A stretch of DNA of 64,000 nt from Obrimoposthia wandeli (lineage: Eukaryota): positions 310,001-374,000 of the forward strand of contig CDROCS010000852.1 in the NCBI GenBank assembly GCA_977020255.1, written 5' to 3'. Numbering within the stretch: the first letter of the stretch is position 1; every line of letters begins with the position of its first letter. Both the position numbers and the translations under genes were made by a program. Below the pieces are notes generated by a model. That model had not been told where the DNA came from. It was given only the letters and a program-made list of their open reading frames with translations, and did not search any database. Of the stretch, positions 1 to 9,441 are shown piece after piece.

Positions 1-900
1 TCTCATGAAAGATGCTATTGTGTTACCATAAAAGAACTTTTAGCAGTATACGAATATATTATGCATTTCAAACAGAATTTTTGCCAAAACTGATCATAAA
101 GTATTAGGGTTTTTAAGGACGACGAAAAAATCAATTAGTTCCCAATTTCAACCATGATTGGCAAATTTATGAAAATTTAATTTTAAGTTAAAACATCGTT
201 AGATCATGGTAATACCGATGACATGTCAAGATTGAATGAAATCGTTTGGGCACAGTGTGAAACTAAACATATAGATGCACAAGAGAAGAGATCTAAAATA
301 TGATATATTCACACACTACATGAAAAAAACTTCTTGAATAAAATAAGAAAAATACAAGAAGATATTCACATAAAAAAAATTAAATATTTTCTCCAATTAG
401 AAAGTGAAGATTTTTCAGAAGAATGCGAAAAAAAATGGGATTTATCAAATAAAATAAAAACTTAAACTCTGTGATATCCTTTATTTTGAACAAAATTTTG
501 CAGATTTAATTATTATACCTACGAAGAAAAATAAAAATTCAAACTTCAAGTGCAAAAAAGAAGATATCATTCATCAAATTAACCAACAAATCGCAACTGA
601 AAAGTTAGAGAAGTTAGATAATGAAAGAAGAGGAAAAAGGATAATTCAAGTTAATGAAAATGTGCTTGTTAAAAAGGATCCAATTAAAAGAAGCAAGAAT
701 TTTGACCAGATAGAAGTGCCATATATAATAATATAATTTTGGAGTCCACGACAGGTAGGAATTCAGTTTCCAGAAGAATCGAATGGCCGAAGAAATACAA
801 AATTGAATAGTGAAAGTGAGAGTTATGTAATATACAAATCGAAAACCAGAAATATTATTCCGATATAATTTGTTCATAAACACGTATATAATTGAATAAA
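1..900 (+). mobile_element. Degenerate Gypsy/Ty3 LTR-retrotransposon pol remnant (RNase H end and post-integrase region)
   Basis: Broken frames read CYCVTIKELLAVYEYIMHF (RNase H ELLAV motif), TDHK and HGNTDDMSRL (GNADALSR-like), then ENVLVKKDP...EVPYII (GPY/F-like). Similar to the Gypsy copy at 51500-51750. Confidence 0.7.
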
Positions 901-997
901 TCTTCTGTTTGTAGAATCTGGTTCTTTTGAATTTTGTCTACGAATGAAAATATTACTGTTGATTATAGTAAATAAAAATGAATAGTTTAATATAGTG

Positions 998-1710
998 AGT
1001 AGGTAGAAGGATGGAGTCTAAGCCACTTGACCCCCCCCCTTATGGTGTGACACCCTTTAGGGGGAGGCAACATCCTTCTTTGATATACCACTATGGTCGT
1101 CCATAGATTAAAGGGTCAAGTGGCTTAGTCTCCACCCTTTTTGAGATATACCACTATGAAAGGGTCAAGTGGCTTAGTCTCCACCCTTCTTTTTGAGATA
1201 TACCACTATGAAAGGGTCAAGTGGCTTAGTCTCCACCCTTCTTTTTGTGATATATCACTATGAAAGGGTCAAGTGGCTTAATCTCCACCCTTCTTTTTTT
1301 GTGATATACCACTATGAAAGGGTCAAGTGGCTTAGTCTCCACCCTTCTTTTTGAGATATACCACTATGAAAGGGTCAAGTGGCTTAGTCTCCACCCTTCT
1401 TTTTGTGATCTAGTCTCCACCCTTCTTTTTGGTTAACCACTAATTCAAAAGGTCAAGTGGCTTAGTCTCCACCCTTCTTTTTGTGATCTAGTATCCACCC
1501 TTTTTTTTGGCTAACCACTAATTCAAAGGATCAAGTGGCTTAGTCTCCACCCTTCTTTTTGTGATCTAGTCCATAATGAAAATTTAGGATAAAGTTCACT
1601 CTTATCAGTTAAGAATGTATTACGTAATCACACACATACTATTCTATGTGAAAATTTAGATCAAAGTTTTTCCTAGGTTTACACATCTAAAGAATTATGT
1701 TAAAATTTGT
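998..1710 (+). repeat. Left terminal inverted repeat of Polinton A with internal ~50-bp tandem iterons
   Basis: Reverse complement of 11952-12705. Contains about eight copies of GGGTCAAGTGGCTTAGTCTCCACCCTT. Confidence 0.95.
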
Positions 1711-1773
1711 ATTAAATCAAAAAATAATAAATAAGAAAGAAGTCAGAGAAAAATACAAAATTAAACACATTTA

Positions 1774-4700
1774 TTATGTAATTTCATAATGTCCATAAGC
1801 GCGGCTTCTATTTTTCTCGATCCAATAGCGTTTGTCATCTGATGAGCTGAGAGCAGTCTTTTGTATTATGATCGTGTATAGTTGATGATTTATTGTTCCA
1901 AACTTCTTTTGAGGTATAGTATATGCAATACCGTTTTCATACACGTCTAAATATGTTTGATGTACAACCGTTGAACCCTTAAGATTTACTCCTTTTGATT
2001 TATTATTTTCAAAGTCATCTTCAAACTTAAGTGAATAACATTTACAAAGTAAGAAAATCCATTCTTTATACATTCGTCCTTCCGATTCATCTTTAAATAA
2101 ACCTATTTTACTATTAAATTTATTAGAATATAATGGATCATTCACATTATAATTTGACGTATCTAATAATCCATCTGCAATCATTTTTGGTAACAACTGT
2201 TTTCTTAAATTAACGTTTTTACATCCCAAAAAGAATGAGTCGGTATCACCGGCAACTATATTAATTGAACAATTGAATAAATTACGATATATTTGCAAAT
2301 CATGATACTGAAGAGTATACATTCGTAATTTGCTAAGGTCTAGTACAGCTTGACCTATATAATTTGGTCGATCGAGACAAATAAAGTCTTTTCTTAATAA
2401 AACAGCTATTAAATTATCATGAATTTCAATTGTTCGTTGAAACATAGGTTTGCTAGTATATGTAATTAATTTTGTAGAACTAGTGCAGATGCGAAGATTC
2501 AATCGTTTCTTAACATTTTCAACGGTCTTTCCATACAAACTAACATTTTTAAGTTTATAAAAATCTTTGTCACATTTATTCGTTGCTTGTGATCTCATTT
2601 CTGAATTATATTCTATATATTCTGCGAATATCTTAGCCTGAGAGAATTTTACTGCTCGATGAATAATTGTTACCACTGCTCCTAAACTAACATACATCTG
2701 CAATAGTCTCCAATGAATAACATAATGACTTTTTGGCGAATGAGTCATTAAAAGTTTTTCAACTTTTTTACCAGGTGGACATTTCTTTTCTGGAGCTATA
2801 GGAAGATCATCTAAAAAGTCATGAAGGTTTTCTGGTATTACCAAGTCTACTTCCATAAAATAACCATATTCAATATGTTCCATGTTCACATTTTTCATTT
2901 CATGCAATATTTCGTTTAATTTTATATCATCAAGAATCCATTCAAAATCTCCTTTTGGTAAAGGTTGATCAAGAGCCCATCCATATAAATTATTAACATC
3001 TATATATAAAAGACTTGTTTCTTCATCTGCGACTACATGATGCTTATTGACAAATGTCATTCCTCCTCGTATACCCGAAGAAATCATGTTGTACATTTCA
3101 GGATCCTGCATCAGTTAAACCTTATGTTTTAACATTTTTAGAGCACTTGCCCAACTCAATCCAGGAATGCTAAAAAAGTTAAGTGGTTCTAAACCATCTT
3201 CACTGAGAGCTTTTCTTCTGAATGTTTGAAACACGTCAGCTAATAAATATACGTCAGTCTTTAAGTAAACTAACATATAATCCAACATATTTCTACAATT
3301 GGTTATTTTCCAAACATCTTGTGCTTTTTGATATTCAGTGTCTGTGATTTTATCATTCCATTTTACTGGTAAACTTAACTTATTCTGGAGGACATTTAAT
3401 GATGTAGCAAAATCATATGGGAATATTCCTTTGCCATCAATAAGTTTAGATGGAAAAACTGATCTTGTTAATGGAATAGTTGGTAATTTACCGGCTAAAT
3501 TTTCCAAAGATGATTGCAAAAATTGCAAAGAATCTATAAATCTCAGAGTTATTTGACCTAATCTTACAATCATGGCTTGAAACTTTTCCGTTGATTGTGG
3601 TATAATATTTATATCCCAGTCAGTAAATTTATTCAATGCATGTTTTAAAATATGATGTAAATCATAACCTCTGAGATTATGAAACACAATAGGTAAAGTT
3701 GGACGAAGTTTTCTTGATAAATTACATTCATTGCATGCAGGACCTAGATACTGTCCAGTAAAGTGATCATGATCTTTAACATATTTTTCAGATGATTCGT
3801 GACATAAATAACATTCATCGGCATTGCTAAAAGTATGAATCTCTGCATTTGTTAAGGGAATCATTACGTTTTTAAGAGCATCTAAATACCATGGCAAAAC
3901 CTTTTCTTTAGCCAAGTTCTCTATTGACTGAAGAAATTTAACTATGCAGTCATCACCAACATTATATTGATACTGGGTTTCAATTTCATCTGTACTCATA
4001 AATAACATACCAGATGCGACAGGCATATGCTTTTGATGATAACTCTCATCTGGTACTAATACAGATTCAAAATCAGCGTAAACGACATATTTCGGCGATA
4101 TAGTTTTTGACCAATCGTTGAATTTAACGTACTTATTCTTAGGCATAGTATACATTGTAGTGCTTTCTTGATTATAGTCACATAAAACTTTATGCTTTTC
4201 TAATGACAAATCGGTTTTGAAACCATGTAAACACTTTTCACACCATTTTCTGCTAATTCTAGTCGTTCCAGTTCGAATATTTAATACCCGGTTAAGACAA
4301 CTTATTCCTATATAATGAAACCGTTCCTTGGATTCTAGTAACAATAAATTAACTATAGTTCCTTCCTTCATTTTTGATTTGTATGCAACATCGATATAAG
4401 GATTCTTGATAACATCAGTTTTTGATTCTTTTTCACTTACCTCGTTGAATATGAATACATTTATTATTATACCAGGATTTTGCCGTTCAAATTTTGATAT
4501 ATTTGATATTTTCATAGGCATGTCTTCGGAATTATATACAAAATCATTTAAAAATCTTTCATAGTTGCTTGGTCTATTTCTATGTGAGTCTATTTCATTA
4601 TATTTAAGTATTGACAATATTGCATAAATAAAGCAAAGATTATCAGAGTTTAGAATATTTATGACTGCTTTAGATTTTGTAAGAGAATTTGGTGATTTAA

Positions 4701-5414
4701 TACAAATTTTAATACAAATTTTAAACAAATTTGACTATATTTAGTAACAAAAAAAGCATATTCAAGTATATTCATCAATTTCCAACCACTACCTTTTTCT
4801 GAATATTCTTCAACTTTATTTTCCATTGTATCTTCCATTTCTGAAATTATAGCATGTGAAAAAATCATTGCTCGATGCGAAGCATACCATTCTTTAGTTT
4901 CTCCATCATTCTTTTCAAACCTCATTCTAATGATGTATTGTATCTTTGCTTTTCCCATTAATTGCACTATTCTTTCTAGTTCGTTTAATAATGAAACTGG
5001 AACCTTAAGACTTACAAGATTGAGATGATCTACTTTCATGGATATCATTGAATAACTATTTTCTAATGATGTTTTAGTATGTATATTATCATTTATTTTA
5101 CGTTTTCGTGACGGAGTAGGAGCTGAAATTACTATGTTTGATGGTACATTAATTATATCAGTTCTTTTGCTTAAAGCCGGTACTTTAAATAATTTTTTCT
5201 TACTATCATTTTCATATTCTCTTAAATGACTAACATGTCGACTATAAAATAAGTTGTAATCAACATTTTCAGTGCTTAAACATTGTGGACATATGAAATA
5301 ATTTATCCTTTTGTATGAATAACCATAATATTTTTTCATTATATCATGACATACTTGAGGATTAAAATGTATATCCGAATAACAAAAATTTGAATAAGTT
5401 TTACATATACTCAT
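1774..5414 (-). pseudogene. Protein-primed DNA polymerase B (pPolB) of Polinton A, split into three ORFs by one frameshift (~4700-4730) and one in-frame TAA (3115-3117)
   Basis: ORF 4659-5414 has a CPQC..H..H finger and GSGW. ORF 3115-4728 has AVINI..DNLCF, YADFES (ExoI), an EndoVII-like CYLC..DHDH..G..C..CN, FHNLRGYD, FIDS and YLKTDV. ORF 1774-3111 has GIRGG, YIDVNNLYG, KLKNVSLYGK, GDTDS, GLFKDE and DDKR. The junction reads HKV*LMQDPEM versus TVELIQDPEM in family C. Confidence 0.95.
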
Positions 5415-5519
5415 CTGATGATATGATTGATTTGATTGGACTTGAGATATTGGTTGATTTGTATACTGAATAAAAATATATATATATATAAATACAATAA
5501 TTTAATTATTTTACTTACA

Positions 5520-5960
5520 ATGTTAACAAATATTAATTATAAAGGAATTTGCTTAGATGATGTATCTAAATTAAAATTTCGAACACGACCAGAACAATAC
5601 GTTTATAAAGCCAAAGATTATACAATACTTATTTTTAGAAATAAGAAATGCAGGATTATGGGATGTAAGGTACCTATTAAAAATATTTCTTACCCTTTAA
5701 GAATAAATATACTTGGTATTCAATCAATTACGATATGTGAAAATTTAGATCAAAGTATCAATCTATTTAAATTATGGAATGTGTTACGTAATACATGTTC
5801 ATTTGACCCTGAGGTTTTCCCAGGCTTAAGATTAAATATTTTCAATCCATTGTGTGTAAATATTTTCACATCTGGAAAGGTCGTAATTTTAGGTCTTAGA
5901 AATTTAGATTTTCAAGATCAAGTTAACGATATCATGACATACATTAAAAAAAGAAGTTGA
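5520..5960 (+). CDS. TATA-box-binding-protein (TBP)-like protein, 146 aa, encoded by the Polinton
   Basis: Two-repeat TBP core pattern: TILIFRNKKCRIMG (cf. TALIFSSGKMVCTG), IQSIT (cf. IQNMV), SFDPEVFPGL (cf. SYEPELFPGL), VNIFTSGKVVILG (cf. LLIFVSGKVVLTG). First ATG is at 5520; the track's 5436 start is a TTG upstream of the TATA-rich tract. Confidence 0.85.
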   Translation: MLTNINYKGICLDDVSKLKFRTRPEQYVYKAKDYTILIFRNKKCRIMGCKVPIKNISYPLRINILGIQSITICENLDQSINLFKLWNVLRNTCSFDPEVFPGLRLNIFNPLCVNIFTSGKVVILGLRNLDFQDQVNDIMTYIKKRS

Positions 5961-6059
5961 ATGCTCGAAATACAAATTCTCGGATATAAAATAAATAAAC
6001 AGAATGAAACAACTCTCATCTGGAGGTTTCATACAGCGACCGAATATTTTGATGTTTAA
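5961..6059 (+). CDS. 32-aa micro-ORF MLEIQILGYKINKQNETTLIWRFHTATEYFDV
   Basis: The ATG directly follows the TBP-like stop (TGA ATG). Resembles the C-terminal IRLxGY...W motif of the family-B ORFan pair. Confidence 0.3.
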   Translation: MLEIQILGYKINKQNETTLIWRFHTATEYFDV

Positions 6060-6140
6060 TAAATATTTAATAAAATGTTGTTATTGTTATAAACATGTAC
6101 TTATTCTGATATATTTATTTTATATTAATATTTATATATA

Positions 6141-6770
6141 ATGTTATTAACAAACAATTCGACTTTTCAAGTAGTAGGACCAAGTGGTAGTGGAAAAACT
6201 TTATTTGTTTGTAAATTATTAAATTCAAAAATGTTTAAAAATAAATTTAATAAAATATATTGGCATCAAGGTGGTGACGGAGAAGCTGGTTTAACAAACC
6301 AAGAATTTAATAAAATAAAAAACATTAAGATTATTAACGGTTTTGATGAAAATTGGACGACAAGACTCGTAAAAGGTGATGTAATTGTTATTGATGACTT
6401 ATATCAAGAGGCTAACAAAGAATCTGATTTTAATGATTTATTTACAAAAATTGCAAGACATAGAGAAGTTACTGTAATTTTTATAACCCAAAATTTATTT
6501 CATCAAGGAGGAAATCATCGTACTCGTAATCTTAATGTACATTATTTGATTTTATTCAAAAATCCTAGAGATCAAACAGTGATAGATTTTATTGCTCGTC
6601 AAGCATTTCCTCATAACAAGAGTTATTTAATTGATGCGTTTCATGATGCTACATCTTTACCTCATGGTTATTTATTTTTAAATTTTACTCAATCATGTCC
6701 TGATGATTTAAGAATTGTTACTGATATATTTAACCGTAATGGTATTACAGTCTATAAACAAAATAAATAA
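6141..6770 (+). CDS. A32/FtsK-like genome-packaging ATPase
   Basis: Walker A GPSGSGKT, Walker B VIVIDDL, then ARH...ITQNLF and [17 protein letters not shown], typical of Polinton ATPases. Confidence 0.95.
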   Translation: MLLTNNSTFQVVGPSGSGKTLFVCKLLNSKMFKNKFNKIYWHQGGDGEAGLTNQEFNKIKNIKIINGFDENWTTRLVKGDVIVIDDLYQEANKESDFNDLFTKIARHREVTVIFITQNLFHQGGNHRTRNLNVHYLILFKNPRDQTVIDFIARQAFPHNKSYLIDAFHDATSLPHGYLFLNFTQSCPDDLRIVTDIFNRNGITVYKQNK

Positions 6771-6790
6771 TAATAATGTTTTAAAATAAA

Positions 6791-7204
6791 ATGAATTTTA
6801 AAAAGAGTATTCTTAAACATAGTAAAAGGACAGATAAAGATGAAGTTAAAAAATTAATAAACACTGTATTATATGATCGTAATAATATTGAATTTTCAAA
6901 AAGTTTACCTTATTTTAAAACCTTAATTGACGTACCAAAAACGAATAAAATGAAAATGTTGAAATCATTTCCAATTTATGTAGTTGATGATTTAATAAAA
7001 ATTTTAAATAAAATAATTTATGGTAAAATTAAACCTGATGATAATATTTTAAAATATAAAAATTCATTAATAAATTTAGCAAATTCACGTGGTAAAATTA
7101 ATAAAAGAAACATTATTTATAATCAAAATGGCGGTTTCATATTGGCCCTACTGCCCGCTATAGCATCAGCAATAGCTAGTGTTATATCTTCAAGATGGGG
7201 ATAG
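6791..7204 (+). CDS. Basic putative virion core protein with C-terminal QNGG|F amphipathic tail
   Basis: Lys-rich 137 aa ending NQNGGFILALLPAIASAIASVISS. Homologue at 28383-28730 ends KQNGGFIGPVILVVASII. This position between ATPase and integrase is common in Polintons. Confidence 0.7.
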   Translation: MNFKKSILKHSKRTDKDEVKKLINTVLYDRNNIEFSKSLPYFKTLIDVPKTNKMKMLKSFPIYVVDDLIKILNKIIYGKIKPDDNILKYKNSLINLANSRGKINKRNIIYNQNGGFILALLPAIASAIASVISSRWG

Positions 7205-7303
7205 TTGTCTTAATAACGAAAATTATAATAATATTAAATAATTACATTCTTTCGTTTTATACAAACATATAAACAGTTTAAAATATATTTAACTTTTATA
7301 ATA

Positions 7304-7477
7304 ATGGGGATAAACAATACAAAGTTGTCTAACTTAATTATAAATTTTAATTCTTCATGCTGCAATGGAAAAGATTTGGAACAATCCAGAAGATCCAGAC
7401 GGTTATACAGGGTTAGAAAAATTGACAAAAAGAGTCAAACAATCAAAAACAAACACACAAAAATGGTTAAGAAATGA
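7304..7477 (+). CDS. 57-aa MG...CC ORF overlapping the integrase start in another frame
   Basis: MGINNTKLSNLIINFNSSCCNGKDLEQSRRSRRLYRVRKIDKK... is below the ORF-track cutoff. Homologue MGANPSLPKFKFSFYSNCCNGEDMVQ... at 28759-28977. Confidence 0.65.
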   Translation: MGINNTKLSNLIINFNSSCCNGKDLEQSRRSRRLYRVRKIDKKSQTIKNKHTKMVKK

Positions 7478-8391
7478 ATTATCATATAGTCTGAATAAAC
7501 CTTTAAGACGTAAATTCCCTACTAGATCATATAAAACTAATGGTATTAATTCGTTATGGCAGATGGATTTAATGGAAATGATTCCTTATTCTTCAGTAAA
7601 TAACGGATTCAAGTATATTTTAACTTGTATTGATGTATTTAGTCGTTTTGCAAGGGCAGTTGGTGTTAAATCAAAATCAGGTATTGATTTATTACATGCA
7701 ATAGAATCTTTAATTGTTGATGATGTACCAGTAAATATTCAAACCGATGAAGGTAAAGAATTTTTTAATTCACATGTTAAGAAATTATTTAAAACTGAAA
7801 ATATCAATCATTATTCAGTATATTCTCAATATAAAGCTGCAGTAGTTGAAAGATTTAATAGAACGTTAAGAGAACGGTTAAAGAAATATTTTACTAAACA
7901 AGGTAATAAGAAATGGGTGAATGTATTACCAAAAATTATTTATGCTTATAATAATTCTAAACATAGAGGTTTAGATGGTTTAAAACCTGTAGATGTAAAT
8001 AATAAAAATGAATTTGATATTTTGTTGAAACAAAATCTAAAAAGAAAAGAAAGTTAAATCTAAATATAAAATTGATGATTATGTTCGAATATCAAAAATA
8101 AGTACAAGTCCATTTATTAAAAATTTTAATCAAAATTGGAGTGATGAGGTTTTTCAAATTCATGATATTAATTATAAACAAAATCCAATAATGTATATTT
8201 TAAAAGATATTGATAACGTCATCATCAAAGGAAAATTTTATAAACAAGAGTTACAATTAATTGATAAACCTAAACTATATCGAATACAAGAAATTTTAGA
8301 AACTAAAGGTCGTGGTAAGAATAAACAATATTACGTAAAGTGGCACGGATACTCTGAACCTTCTTGGATATTTGCTTCTCAAATTGAATAA
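7365..8391 (+). CDS. Retroviral-type DDE integrase with C-terminal chromodomain; +1 frame break at 8041-8057
   Basis: WQMDL, IQTDEG and VERFNRT form the DDE triad. The +1 frame from 8053 reads VKSKYKIDDYVRISK...NWSDEVF...FYKQELQ...YRIQEIL...YYVKWHGY (chromodomain). Confidence 0.92.
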
Positions 8392-9404
8392 TGTCAAAAT
8401 ATATTATTTTACCTAGTAATAGTTGTCCAAGTACTCAACCTAACAATACAGCCAATCAATTTACTGTAGATTGGGAAAACTCTCTAAATTTAGATGGTGA
8501 ATGGGAGGTTGCCTTGACTGAATTTGTATTTAATTATACTCCTTTAACAATACAAACTAATTCAAAAATACTTTATAAAACGGAAAAGATAGAAATGAAA
8601 ACTTTCGATGTATCTTTTGCAATTTTAAATGGATTAATTTTTAATAATTTAAATACTGTTTTCAATTTCAAAATTACAAAGGATCAAAAATTAGAAATAA
8701 GTACAATTAACAGTATTCATCGAATGTTGTTAAAATTCGAAACTTTAGAAGAATCAAAAATTATAGGTTTTAATGAAATACAAAAAATTTCTAGTCATGT
8801 TATAACAAGTGATGAAATTGTTGACATAAATAAAAATATTCATGCTAAAATGAGAATTACAATTTATTATTTAGCTGAATATGAATACGAAATAAAATTT
8901 AATCAAAATTATTTGATACAAGATAGTTCTTCATTATGTAATATTATAGCCAGTAAATGTAATGAAATTTTTAAAAGCTGTAATATAGATTCAGACGGAT
9001 TATTTGATATTTTATTAAAGAAAAATGTAAAATCAGTTTTATTTGACGAAAAACTTGCATCTTTATTAGGTTTTAATAATGTTTTCTTTGAGAAACGAAT
9101 TAAAGGTTTTCAAAAACCAACACTTTCTAGCTCATATAATCAAATGTATATTTATACTAGTTTAACAGATTCTGTCTTAGTAGGATCTGATTATGTTCCA
9201 CTGTTAAAGTCTATTTGGTTAAAATCATTAAAATATCGATATGGAGATGTAGTAAATGTTAAAATTGATAATCCAATGTACTTGAAAATGAGAGATTCAA
9301 GTATTAATAGAATCGAGGTAAATATACGTGATGATTCTGGTAATTTAATTCCATTTTCATATGGAGCAAAAACTAGTTTAACTCTTCATTTACGTAAAGT
9401 ATAA
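8391..9404 (+). CDS. Minor capsid (penton-like) protein
   Basis: Polinton mCP pattern: N-terminal LPSNS...NTANQF...L.G.WEVALTE and C-terminal MYIYTSL...LVG...VPLLK...PMY...INRIEVNIRDDSG..IPF..G...LTLHLR. Confidence 0.8.
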   Translation: MSKYIILPSNSCPSTQPNNTANQFTVDWENSLNLDGEWEVALTEFVFNYTPLTIQTNSKILYKTEKIEMKTFDVSFAILNGLIFNNLNTVFNFKITKDQKLEISTINSIHRMLLKFETLEESKIIGFNEIQKISSHVITSDEIVDINKNIHAKMRITIYYLAEYEYEIKFNQNYLIQDSSSLCNIIASKCNEIFKSCNIDSDGLFDILLKKNVKSVLFDEKLASLLGFNNVFFEKRIKGFQKPTLSSSYNQMYIYTSLTDSVLVGSDYVPLLKSIWLKSLKYRYGDVVNVKIDNPMYLKMRDSSINRIEVNIRDDSGNLIPFSYGAKTSLTLHLRKV

Positions 9405-9441
9405 ACAATATAAATATATTTAAAATATAAATATATATAAA

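Noticed and set aside
1100-1570. CRISPR-like array
   Set aside because: The inter-repeat sequences are themselves repeated, with no unique spacers and no cas genes. It is a TIR-internal tandem repeat in a eukaryotic element.
3106-3120. 15-nt GT...AG micro-intron removing the pPolB in-frame stop
   Set aside because: Too short for an animal spliceosome, and it would delete the conserved V(E)LMQ residues.
4715-4728. Programmed -1 frameshift at T TTA AAA in pPolB
   Set aside because: The heptamer fits, but the conserved GSSY-like motif is destroyed by a repeat scar, so this is better explained as a lesion.
5436-5519. N-terminal extension of the TBP-like ORF from a TTG start
   Set aside because: It runs through the TATA microsatellite; the family B homologue supports the ATG at 5520.
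8053-8102. Intron explanation for the integrase frame break
   Set aside because: Splicing gives the wrong frame and removes the conserved KYK.DDYVRISK motif.
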